Part shown: positions 23,156 to 32,900 of the stretch, piece after piece | Numbering within the stretch: the first letter of the stretch is position 1 | How the letters are laid out: the number at the start of each line of letters is the position of its first letter | DNA from: Cyanophora paradoxa CCMP329 | Taxonomy: Eukaryota > Plantae > Glaucophyta | Direction of reading: 5' to 3' | Length of the DNA stretch: 64,000 nt | Assembly (NCBI GenBank): GCA_004431415.1 | Contig: QPMI01000047.1 | Coordinates: forward strand, 62,001-126,000 | The notes under the pieces: model-generated | What the model was told of the DNA's origin: nothing | Databases searched by the model: none | The model's input: the letters and a program-made list of their open reading frames with translations, nothing else | Translations under genes and position numbers: made by a program

Positions 23156-23728
23156 ATGGAGGTCACAATTCCAGATGTTCCCGAAGGCGCTGTTGCTATC
23201 CCGCTTGGTGGAATCCGCAATCATCGTCGAGTAATTATCGCCTATGCACTTGTTAGTCAGGATGATGCTCAACGTGTTCTTGGATTTCGGTGGAGATTAA
23301 ATAACTATGGATATGCTTTCACAACGATCAATGGTGAGACCGTGTATTTGCATCGATTTATCAGCGGCAATCTTGAGAATGGATTAACTGTTGATCACAT
23401 AAATCTAAACAAGCTTGACAATCGCCGCGAAAATTTGCGTTTGGCAACCAAGCGCCAGCAGCAGCTGAACCAAAACCGGCGGGTCACAAACACATCAGGT
23501 TTCACTGGTGTTTACTTCGATAAGTGGTGTGGTAAATGGCAAGCACATTATCGGATAAATGGGCATCGGAAGCACATCGGTCTGTTTCAAACAGCAGAAG
23601 AAGCTGCTAAAGCCAGAGACACCTATGCCCTTGATCACACTTCCGAATCTGATCGTCCATTCCTGCGTATGAATTTCACAAACGAATCCTCCGTCCACCC
23701 ATCGCTCCCTTCAGTTGTGAACTCGTAG
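23156..23728 (+). CDS. HNH endonuclease-AP2 domain protein
   Basis: YLHRFI..VDHINLNKLDNRRENLR; AP2 SGFTGVYF..GKWQAHYRINGHRKHIGLFQTAEEAAKARD. Confidence 0.9.
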   Translation: MEVTIPDVPEGAVAIPLGGIRNHRRVIIAYALVSQDDAQRVLGFRWRLNNYGYAFTTINGETVYLHRFISGNLENGLTVDHINLNKLDNRRENLRLATKRQQQLNQNRRVTNTSGFTGVYFDKWCGKWQAHYRINGHRKHIGLFQTAEEAAKARDTYALDHTSESDRPFLRMNFTNESSVHPSLPSVVNS

Positions 23729-24305
23729 AATTCGCTTCAGACACATAAGGCGTAGCGGGCTTTACAGCTGCATCATCGAAAGCTTGTGAAGCCTTCTCTT
23801 TTTCGTTTTTCAGATACCGCAAATCCGGCACGTCCATGGGTCTGTGCTTAAACATTTCGCTGCGCAACATGTCGCGGATCTTTGCTCTCTCTTTCTTCTC
23901 TTTTACATACGATTCGATATTCGACGACCTTGCTTCTAAATCTCGCAATTTAGCAGCTAACTCGTCAAACTGGCTTTTGCTTATAGCTGGTGTTCTTATT
24001 TTTGGCCCTGAATAGCGTGGTTCAGAGGCCATGGCTTGGATAATTCTAGCAGCATCATCATCGATATCGGACTGCATTTCGTTTACAGTTTTAGCCTGGG
24101 CGTGACGGTCATCGGTTGCACTGGCATTAGCAGCTGCGGAGGCGATCGTTTTAGCTACGGGTGCATTTAGGCGGGGGTCACTAGCTAGCTCACCGCTAGG
24201 ATTAGCAACAGCTGCGCCTTCAGTCGACCCACTTTCAACTAGTGGTTCAACAACATTGACCTTGCGTCTTTCACGATATCCCTTCTTAGGAATTCCGCGA
24301 CTCAT
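23676..24305 (-). CDS. Hypothetical coiled-coil protein, 209 aa
   Basis: Long ORF directly downstream of, and co-oriented with, the ATPase; no recognised motif. Confidence 0.65.
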   Translation of the reverse strand: MSRGIPKKGYRERRKVNVVEPLVESGSTEGAAVANPSGELASDPRLNAPVAKTIASAAANASATDDRHAQAKTVNEMQSDIDDDAARIIQAMASEPRYSGPKIRTPAISKSQFDELAAKLRDLEARSSNIESYVKEKKERAKIRDMLRSEMFKHRPMDVPDLRYLKNEKEKASQAFDDAAVKPATPYVSEANSTSSQLKGAMGGRRIRL

Positions 24306-24314
24306 CTTATTTTC

Positions 24315-25061
24315 TTAAGCTAAGATTTTAAAACGCTTCTTTTTAGAGACAACAGGCGAAGAATCTTCGGTCTTAGGCTCTTCTTGTCTTAGCCATTTTG
24401 TAAAACGAAAACTCTTATCTTCAACTGCCTTATCAACATACCAGGCCGTATCGTACTTAGTTCCATCTAGGACTAGGCACTGATAATCGTGCGCCCAGGT
24501 TTCAAACAAGGCAATAAATTCGTCTTTTGGAAGATGGCTAAACTCTCTGTAGATGGCCTCCAGCTCCGTGTGATTAGAGTAACTGAAGAAAAAACAATAG
24601 TCGGAGTTCGATCTTATAGATTGACTAAGAGCTGTTAGTTTTTGCGACATTAAAATCGTTGAAATGTTAAAATGGCGCCCCTGATTGAAAAGACGATTAA
24701 CAACCTTGCTGTTTCGAAGATCAACAGTTTCAGATGCAGCAACGAGGTCATCCAATACAAGCAATATCTGTGGCGCTTTCTTTTTGTTTTCGATCAGCTT
24801 GCGCTGTGAGTCAATTATCTCTGCAACGATAGAGGGCTGAAAATCGTCGTAAAGCTCATTAGTTATTGCCGAATATTCGCCATTGAATTTTGTGGCCGTA
24901 AACACGACGACTCGATTAATCTTTGGATAGAGCAGCCGCAGCAGATGCTTGGTGCAGTAGAAAGACTTGCCGCTATTAGATTTCGATATAAACAGGGCCT
25001 TAAATGGGACCCTCATGTCTCCCGGCTGGAACTGTGCGAGCTCTTGAGACTGATCCATCAA
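24315..25061 (-). CDS. A32/FtsK-like genome-packaging ATPase
   Basis: Walker A variant SKSNSGKS, Walker B LLVLDDL, QGRHFNIS, ILMSQ, IRSNSDY. Confidence 0.92.
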   Translation of the reverse strand: MMDQSQELAQFQPGDMRVPFKALFISKSNSGKSFYCTKHLLRLLYPKINRVVVFTATKFNGEYSAITNELYDDFQPSIVAEIIDSQRKLIENKKKAPQILLVLDDLVAASETVDLRNSKVVNRLFNQGRHFNISTILMSQKLTALSQSIRSNSDYCFFFSYSNHTELEAIYREFSHLPKDEFIALFETWAHDYQCLVLDGTKYDTAWYVDKAVEDKSFRFTKWLRQEEPKTEDSSPVVSKKKRFKILA

Positions 25062-25109
25062 AAAATTAACTACTGAAATTCGCAGGCAAACACAACCGCG
25101 ACACTTTGA

Positions 25110-26498
25110 CTAGAGATTAACTTTCCGAAGTCCCGCAGCATCAACAATTAGGACAGTGTGCAGGAGTGCTCGTACCTGAACGTAGATCTTGTTGTTTGCA
25201 TCATACGCTGCAGGGTTCATAATATTCAGGAAGCAGCTGCTGCTGTTGGTGAGATCCACGAAACCAGTTTGAGCAGCATTTCGGATCGATTTATCTCCAC
25301 TAATGCAAAATGGCAATCCAGTTAGCACGTATCTGTTAAGAGGTGCGTCGAGATTTGAGCATTTGAAGACATCAGCGATGAGTTCTGCACCTTGCAAGAG
25401 CGGGACAGGCTCGTTAGAATAAAGCCGCTGGCCATTCAATTCGCAGGAAATAGTTATGTCACGAGCATTGGCCTCGGTTTTAAGGACACTGTGTTTTCCA
25501 TCAGTTTGGTTCATATTTGTCTGCTTGCGAATGCTAACAAAAAGGCCATAGCAGAGCCCACTGATTTGAGACAGATTAATCCGGGTGGGCGCACCAGCAC
25601 CTGCATAGGTAATTGAATCAGCATCAACCCAGCCGACCTCTGTAGCGGGAATCGCAATTCCAGACGATTTGACCTTTTCAATAACCTGTGCAAAAGTAGC
25701 CTCATCCACGTTGATGCAGTACGCAATAATCTTCGGGTTGCTCAGCTGTGGTTCCGCGGGGGTAACCGAGAGAAGATTTGGAGTGAGGTTTTCGCCGAGG
25801 TGGGCGACAATGGCGGGTGCAGCTCCGACAGCCCCAAGGCCATCATCAGCAGAGGCATCTGCACCGGCATCGTATGTCTTTGCAAAGCGAGCGCCAAAGC
25901 TGGTCTCGACGAATCCCTGGGCACGATCACGGAACCAGACCTCAACTGCAATTTCGCCAGAAAGGGCGCCAATTGGCAGCACTGAGCCTTCCCAAGGGCA
26001 CGGAATTTTCACAGTAAACACGCCTCCAGTGCGGTTGCTTCCAGCAGGAGGCGTTCCGTGGAGCCAGCCGCCTGATCGATACTTCTTTTTGAGCTGGGCC
26101 TCGTCGTTGAACAGGAGGGCGCTATGCACAAGCCAGTCCTCCGGAACAATGTAGCTGTAGGAAGCGTACTTGATCTCAATTCGCTTTACAAGTGCACCGA
26201 CTGAACGCAAATAGCCGGAGCGAACAAGGTCAGTGTCACCAGTAAATGCAGTCAGCTCTGGAAGGGTGAACTGCAGTTCGAGCCCTTGCAGAAAATTGTA
26301 CCGAGGCAGGAAGTATGTGACTCGCTTTCCGAAACAGTCGCCATAGTCATTGCTCGGGTTTACGACGACCCTTACCGGTTTGGTTTGGCTTGTCATCCCC
26401 AGCATGAGCTCGTTATTCATAAAGAAATCCTTTGCCTCCTGGGGCGTCGTGAGGAGCTCTTTAAGACCGAGTCGCTGCAAATTCTGCGTAACGTCCAT
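25110..26498 (-). CDS. Major capsid protein (double jelly-roll, inferred), 462 aa
   Basis: Size, position between penton and ATPase, beta-rich; N-terminal FGKRVTYFLPR..LELQFTLPEL..LVKRIEIKY pattern resembles NCLDV/PLV MCPs. Confidence 0.75.
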   Translation of the reverse strand: MDVTQNLQRLGLKELLTTPQEAKDFFMNNELMLGMTSQTKPVRVVVNPSNDYGDCFGKRVTYFLPRYNFLQGLELQFTLPELTAFTGDTDLVRSGYLRSVGALVKRIEIKYASYSYIVPEDWLVHSALLFNDEAQLKKKYRSGGWLHGTPPAGSNRTGGVFTVKIPCPWEGSVLPIGALSGEIAVEVWFRDRAQGFVETSFGARFAKTYDAGADASADDGLGAVGAAPAIVAHLGENLTPNLLSVTPAEPQLSNPKIIAYCINVDEATFAQVIEKVKSSGIAIPATEVGWVDADSITYAGAGAPTRINLSQISGLCYGLFVSIRKQTNMNQTDGKHSVLKTEANARDITISCELNGQRLYSNEPVPLLQGAELIADVFKCSNLDAPLNRYVLTGLPFCISGDKSIRNAAQTGFVDLTNSSSCFLNIMNPAAYDANNKIYVQVRALLHTVLIVDAAGLRKVNL

Positions 26499-26548
26499 GG
26501 ATTTGTATAACTGCTATGAAAGAAAATAATTTGCATCAATGTGTCAGC

Positions 26549-27505
26549 TCAATTTGAAGCGCTGACCCACGGGTACGTCTTGGATCGCTTTCGCAGCTGA
26601 AGCTTGGCAAGCTCGTAAAGTGGATCACCATTAGGTTCATCTGTGCCGTAGCGAATCTCGAAAATCATTGAGACAGGAGCTCCATTTAAATCAGCGATTC
26701 GCTGCATATAATCATAAATTTCAACAGTAAGAGATGAAAGGTCACGTTTTGAATAGTAATACTTATAGAGCGAGTGCGACTCTGTAGAATCATAATAAAC
26801 TGTCTCTCCAGGGCGTACCGTGCTTGGAACTGACAGTTTTGCAAAGAATCCAGGGATTGATGTGTTTGGCATACTAATTAGGTCCCCTATCTCAGGCACC
26901 CGAAGAAGCACATGATCATCAGGAGTTGTATCAGGCTCATATGTACCCTTAATAAACTGTGTAGTCAAAGTCATTGTTTCAGAAGGAATCGGCAAGATTG
27001 ATGGGAGCCCGAGAAGCTTTGCAGTGCGCTGTGCTCTGGCTACTGCTTGATAATCTCGTTTTTCCTTTCCTCCGATTTTTTGCGGCACAATGAGCGCAAT
27101 GTAAAATTCAAATTCTGCTGTGAACGTTATTAATTTGGCCACTGAATCATATGTGCAGCTGAGCCCAGAGCCACTCAATAAGACATTGATATTAGCGGCA
27201 ATCTCGCCAGCAGTATAGTTCCCCGGTGGGATAACTACGTTTTGCCAAGGTCCAAAGCCAGCTTCAGGCGGATCAGGGCCTTCATTTTGAGGATCATACT
27301 TGCACCAGTAAATATATGTTCGAAACACAAGGTCCTCGGTAGGGTCAAGCTTGTCCACTGTTTTCATTGTGTTGGGGATCTCAGCCGAGACCAGGCGCAC
27401 TGCCTTTACATCCTGATATATCTTTGGCAACGTTACTTTAAACTTTGAAGTGGATGTAAGCTCGTCCGCCAGGTGGCTTGCAACGCAGACGTAGTCCGTA
27501 GGCAT
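26549..27505 (-). CDS. Minor capsid (penton-like) protein 1
   Basis: FKVTLP..VRLVSAEIPNT, IPPGNYT..IAANIN, SLTVEIYD..DLNGAPVSMIFEI. Confidence 0.75.
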   Translation of the reverse strand: MPTDYVCVASHLADELTSTSKFKVTLPKIYQDVKAVRLVSAEIPNTMKTVDKLDPTEDLVFRTYIYWCKYDPQNEGPDPPEAGFGPWQNVVIPPGNYTAGEIAANINVLLSGSGLSCTYDSVAKLITFTAEFEFYIALIVPQKIGGKEKRDYQAVARAQRTAKLLGLPSILPIPSETMTLTTQFIKGTYEPDTTPDDHVLLRVPEIGDLISMPNTSIPGFFAKLSVPSTVRPGETVYYDSTESHSLYKYYYSKRDLSSLTVEIYDYMQRIADLNGAPVSMIFEIRYGTDEPNGDPLYELAKLQLRKRSKTYPWVSASN

Positions 27506-27533
27506 CTTTTTTAATATCAGTTAGAGAATAAAA

Positions 27534-28424
27534 ATGCGGCTCAGCTTTGACAGCAGAGACAGAAGGCCAATGGATTTAGAGGCAAACTTTGTGCTCGAGA
27601 TAAACGAACCTATAATCAACCCTGTTGCTGTACGACTTACCCAGTGCGAATTTGCAAACAGCCTTTACACCAGCATTAAAGATGAGTATCTTTCTATCAC
27701 CTTTCCCTACCTTGGAACAGAAAATGTGGAGGTTTTTGAGCCAGGCATAATTACTACTGCAAATTATGGAGAGACAGATCTTTACAACTTTGGTCTCTCG
27801 TTTAATATTAGGCTAGAAGGGATCTCAATCGCATATTTCAAATTGTTTCGAGACCCAGAGACGCTGAAAATGTCTGCGTATTGCAACCGTTCCTGCACAC
27901 TGACCTGCCAGTTCAAAGCCTTATCGAATCTGCTCGGGCTGAACCGAAATGAGCCCCTCCAGCTGTCTCCTATTGTGCTTGAAGGGCCGCAAAGACCAGC
28001 AACTGCAGCTGAGCGGTATCTAGAGGTTGCTGGCATTCCAGTGACACCTGCTCACCCTGAGTATGGCGTGGATTTCACCGGAAGAATGCAGAGTATAGCA
28101 CTTGGTTACGCCGTCGAATTTCCAAAGATAATCGACATGAACAGCGACCAGTACCTCTTCCTTGTCTGCGAAGAGCTACGGCCGTTTGCTTCGAAGCTTC
28201 GCCGTGGGGCTAAATCAATGTGTAATTACGGGCTCGCTCGAATCCAGATGAGCCAGGATGTCGGAAAGTTTGTATATATAAATCAGGAAAATGACGGCGA
28301 GTGGATTGCCATCGAAGAGCGCCTGGTGCTGACCTCTTTGCGACTGCGCATTGTCGACAGAGATGGTGATGACGTCTCTCTGAATGGCCTGCCTTGGTCT
28401 GGTGAACTGCAATTTTTAGTTTAG
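27534..28424 (+). CDS. Minor capsid (penton-like) protein 2
   Basis: LSFDSRDR..NFVLEI..VRLTQCEFANS, YLFLVCEEL, LRLRIVDRDGDDVSLNGLPWSGELQF. Confidence 0.75.
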   Translation: MRLSFDSRDRRPMDLEANFVLEINEPIINPVAVRLTQCEFANSLYTSIKDEYLSITFPYLGTENVEVFEPGIITTANYGETDLYNFGLSFNIRLEGISIAYFKLFRDPETLKMSAYCNRSCTLTCQFKALSNLLGLNRNEPLQLSPIVLEGPQRPATAAERYLEVAGIPVTPAHPEYGVDFTGRMQSIALGYAVEFPKIIDMNSDQYLFLVCEELRPFASKLRRGAKSMCNYGLARIQMSQDVGKFVYINQENDGEWIAIEERLVLTSLRLRIVDRDGDDVSLNGLPWSGELQFLV

Positions 28425-29900
28425 GTAACGTCCCCGGAAATCAAGCCGGAACGCATTTACATTTATAAATTCGTTTGTTATAATTTGCACATAGTTATAC
28501 ACCTGTGGGGTGATTAAATGCGAGTCACTATGCATTAGATCGAAGCCTGTCATAGTTGGGTTCGCAGCAAGCACATTTGCTAGGACCATGTTTTCAAATA
28601 GTGACCCGTCTCGTAAATATCCTAAATTGGTCAGAATGCTGAAATTAAATAGGACTCCGGCAGCAAAGGCTGGCCCATACATAATGATTTGATGTAGCTC
28701 AAAAGGCTTAGGAAACTCGACTTTGATCCAGGGATTAGGTAAAGTGCCCCCCTGGAACCCTGTCGAGTTAGGTCGCACGTGAGAGGGTGGGTGCAATTCG
28801 TCAAAGTCGTTGCTTGTGATATTCGCATCTGGAATTATAAACCAGTTGACATCGAATGGCGGCTCAACTGTTAATGTGGACGATATGATAAATCTCTCAT
28901 CATTCAGGAGGTCGTAATTTGCCAATAGAAAGCTGCAGAGTGCATTTAGTTTTGCACTTATCTCAGTTTGTTTCAGCCATAAATCAGTCGTGGAAATCAA
29001 ATAAGAAATATTCGAAGGCGAGGCATCATCAAGCTTGCTCATGACTGCAGCTGGCAGCGGAACACTTAAACGCCAGTATCTAGTGAGATTCCTATCTGCA
29101 TCAACTGGAAGCAGCTCCTGCATTTGAAAGTGCGATTCCAGCTCGCTACCTGACATTAGCATAGAAATGATTGGGCTGCCTGAGAGGGATAGGATCCAGC
29201 CCAGAGCGCCCCAGCCTGACGTCTCCGAATTCGAAAAGCCTGCAGTCAATTGCTCACTGGCTTGGACCTCACCACAGCTAATGCTCACAAGAACAATTGG
29301 ATCTTCTGCATCGTAAATTTTACTGGCGTGGCTGAGTGCAGCAACTGAGGGATTATTCAAACAGGCTATCGCCCCGTCAACAAGGTTTTTGTCCCCTAGA
29401 ACCTTCGGTGGAAAGAATGTAGGCGCTGCAGAAGATGCTCTCACTGCATCACGAATCAGCGTGCTTGAATATGGCCCATCCTTCGTAAAAACTACTGGCT
29501 GCATCCGAACTGTATCAAACGCTGTAATTAATACGTCTTTTGTCGATTCTGCAATTGTGTAGTCCAGGGCAACGTCTGTAAGCACCGACTCCAGAGGATT
29601 TGCATCATAGCGGCTTCCTGAGAGCAAGCTTGTCAGTGATCTTGGATTTGCAAATATTGTTGGCAGGTTCGTTTGATATAGACTCAAGATATCACCTGCA
29701 GAATATCGGTAAGCAAGAACAGAGCCTGGAGTTGATGGGATCGCCAATCCGGCCGCTATTATTGCCCCTGTTGAGGTGCCTGCAAAGAAATCAAACAGTT
29801 GTGGAATCGCTTTGCCAGTGATTGCCTCAATCCGTTGCAGAATTCTGGTTATAATTATGCCACGAGCACCTCCACCTGATAACGAGAGAATCACCTTCAT
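28416..29900 (-). CDS. Patatin-like phospholipase with C-terminal extension (start re-called at MKVILSL, 494 aa)
   Basis: LSLSGGGARG, AGTSTG (GxSxG), ASSAAPTFF, DGA, NNP. Confidence 0.9.
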   Translation of the reverse strand: MKVILSLSGGGARGIIITRILQRIEAITGKAIPQLFDFFAGTSTGAIIAAGLAIPSTPGSVLAYRYSAGDILSLYQTNLPTIFANPRSLTSLLSGSRYDANPLESVLTDVALDYTIAESTKDVLITAFDTVRMQPVVFTKDGPYSSTLIRDAVRASSAAPTFFPPKVLGDKNLVDGAIACLNNPSVAALSHASKIYDAEDPIVLVSISCGEVQASEQLTAGFSNSETSGWGALGWILSLSGSPIISMLMSGSELESHFQMQELLPVDADRNLTRYWRLSVPLPAAVMSKLDDASPSNISYLISTTDLWLKQTEISAKLNALCSFLLANYDLLNDERFIISSTLTVEPPFDVNWFIIPDANITSNDFDELHPPSHVRPNSTGFQGGTLPNPWIKVEFPKPFELHQIIMYGPAFAAGVLFNFSILTNLGYLRDGSLFENMVLANVLAANPTMTGFDLMHSDSHLITPQVYNYVQIITNEFINVNAFRLDFRGRYLN

Positions 29901-29924
29901 TTTTAAAAGGAGGCCTATATAAAA

Positions 29925-32900
29925 ATGTCCTACATCTTGAAGAAGCCAGTGCCACTTCGTAAAGCTCCAGATACCGTGGATGATCGGCTTATAAATATCC
30001 GTGTATTCGGGAGCATTTTGGCTGACTACAATTCTGACAAGGATATACACCAGACCGCTTTTAATCGTCCAGCTGCGTTAATTCTGCGCAATTCACACGT
30101 CGGTGCCCCAAATATCGCACAGAGATTTTGTCTGGGTCCAGCTGAGAATTATGTGGCTGAAATAGTCGGATCAAGGGCATTGCCACGACACCTACACATT
30201 GCCTCCTCAGGCACAGTTTCTAAGTATGATTCTGGTAGATTAATATTTAGGCTTCAAAATGATAGAGGGATCCATTTATCAGCTCTACGTCTAATTGATG
30301 AATCCAATGCCATCACGAACAAGACAGCTGCTCAAATTACAGGGCGAATCCTCCTTGGTGAAGACGCAGGGATATCAGTGCTATCATCGCAAATCCAACC
30401 ATTTCCCTGGGATTTACTTTATACAGCTGCACGAGAAACAAATATTTTATACGGATTTGATGTTAATCAAATTGATACAGAGCCTGCTACCAGGTTAGAT
30501 ATTCCTGGATGCACCTTGGGCTCTATTCTCATAGAGGCCGACAGACACCTGCTCCCGGCATTGCATGATAGATATGACCTAGGGCTTCGCACCAGGCAGT
30601 GGCGAAATATTCATGGAACAAGTATTTACCAAGACGGCAAAAAAGTAATCACTGAACCGGAGATAATAAACATTTTCAACTACTACTTTGGACCTATTGT
30701 CCCTATACCACCTATACCACCTCTTCCAGGGCTACCAAAGCCGCCAACCCCGGATGGACCAGGTCGAGAGCGAGTTGCCGATGAGACAATCCCATTTGGT
30801 CAAAATATTATATCATGGGAGGCTGTCAGGAATCGTCCAGTGATAGAACCCTATAAGCATCCACATGAGGAATACCTGCCGCCTGATATTGAAGTTTTCC
30901 CACTCGAAATGTACACAGAGCCTGAAGAGCAGTTACTTCCTGATGGCTTAGATGTTCAAGAACTCGAGTACGAGCAGCCTGTGATTCCCCATGAGCAGCT
31001 GCTTCCAGACGGCTTTTATCCTATTTGCTTCCCCTTGGAGTTCACCGTAGACTGGGAATCAATTACGAACAAACCTGAGACTTTTCCGCCGGAGGAACAC
31101 AGACATGATTGGGACGAGATTGATAATAAACCAGATAGATTTCCACCCACAGACCATAGGCATGATTGGGGCGATATCGATGGAATACCAGAGCAGTTTC
31201 CACCAGAAGACCATAGGCATAATTGGGACGAAATCGATTTACAGCCTACCTTTGCATCAACAGGTAATGTTTTAACTGATGGGACAAATGGTGTGAGTCT
31301 CTACCAAAATATTAACATCGAACAAAGATTACTTTTAAGTGAATATTACCTGAATCGAAAAGGAATTGATGCAGGCACCACAATGGAAGGCGAAATATAT
31401 ATTAGACCTCCCAGAAGAATTGAATTGATCGCAGCAGGTGGAGGTGTAGAAGTTAAAGAGAATAAACCAGGAATCTATCTAACCAGTTATTACGCTGATG
31501 ATATCCCGATGACTATGGGTTTGCCACCTCTCCCATCTGATCCAGTCAATTATGCAAACCATAACGCCACTATACAAATTAATGTAACAAATGTTAGCGA
31601 TTTGGACGGATCAAAACCAAAACTTATATTCAGTCGTGAACAACTCGCAGCAGAAACCCTTTTAGGAAATCGTGACGATTATAAACAGTGTGAGGTAGCA
31701 TGGATAAAAACAAATTATAATGGTGGGGTTCCTGAGGGTCTTTTAGAAATCAATCAAAGAGCAGCAGCGAAAAACATTCACAACGAAAATATTTCAAGAG
31801 TGGTAACAGAAGATTATTTTAGATGGGAGAATATCCCAGATCAACCCGAAACATTCCCACCAGAAGACCATAGGCACGATTGGGGAGATCTTGATAACGT
31901 ACCTTTATCATTTATACCAGATTTACACAGGCACGATTGGGGAGATCTTGATAACGTACCTTTATCATTTCCACCAGATTTACACAGGCACGATTGGGGA
32001 GATCTCGATAACGTACCTTTAACATTTCCACCAGATTTACACAGGCACGATTGGGGAGATCTCGATAATGTGCCTTTAACGTTTCCACCAGCTTTACATC
32101 GTCACGATTGGGGCGATCTCGATAATGTGCCTTTAGCGTTTCCACCCAGCGCCCATAGGCACGATTGGGGAGAAATTGATAACGTCCCTCTGACGTTTAC
32201 ACCATCGACACACAGGCACGATTGGGACGAAATAGATCAACAGCCTACTTTTGCATCAGCAGGAAATGTTATGAATGATGGGACAAATGGTGTGAGTCTC
32301 TACCAAAACATTAACATCGCAGAAAGATTACTATTAAGTGCATATTACGTGAATCGAAAAGGAATAGATGCAGGCACAACTATGGAAGGTGAATTATATA
32401 TTCGTCCACCTACAAGAACACAGGTAGTTGCAGCAGGCGGAAATTTTGGTTTAATGGACACTCAACCAGGTATTTATTTAACAAGTTATTACGATAACGA
32501 AATAACTCTTACATCGACTTTACCAGCTCTTCCATCTGATCCAGCAGCATATGATGATAAAGACGCCGCCATACAGATAAACGTAACAGATGTAAGCGCT
32601 ACTGATGCATCAAGGCCCAAACTTATATTTACCCGTTCAAAATTCAATTATGTCCCTCTTGCCGGACGACCCACAGATGATCACGGAAGATGTGAGATGG
32701 CGTGGATTAAAACGTTATCAGGTGGCGCCTTAGAAGTCAATCAGAGAATGGCGGCGAAAAACTTACACAATACAACCCTTTCAGGTGTGGTAACAGATGA
32801 TTACCTAACCAATAAAGGATATCTCACGTCCGCTGATTTAAGCAGTTATGCAACTGATGCAGAATTAGCGGCGGCACTTGTGAATTACTTACCTCTTACA

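Noticed and set aside
29901-30050. N-terminal 50 aa of the 544-aa patatin ORF
   Set aside because: Overlaps the fibre gene antisense; the patatin fold starts at ATG 29900.
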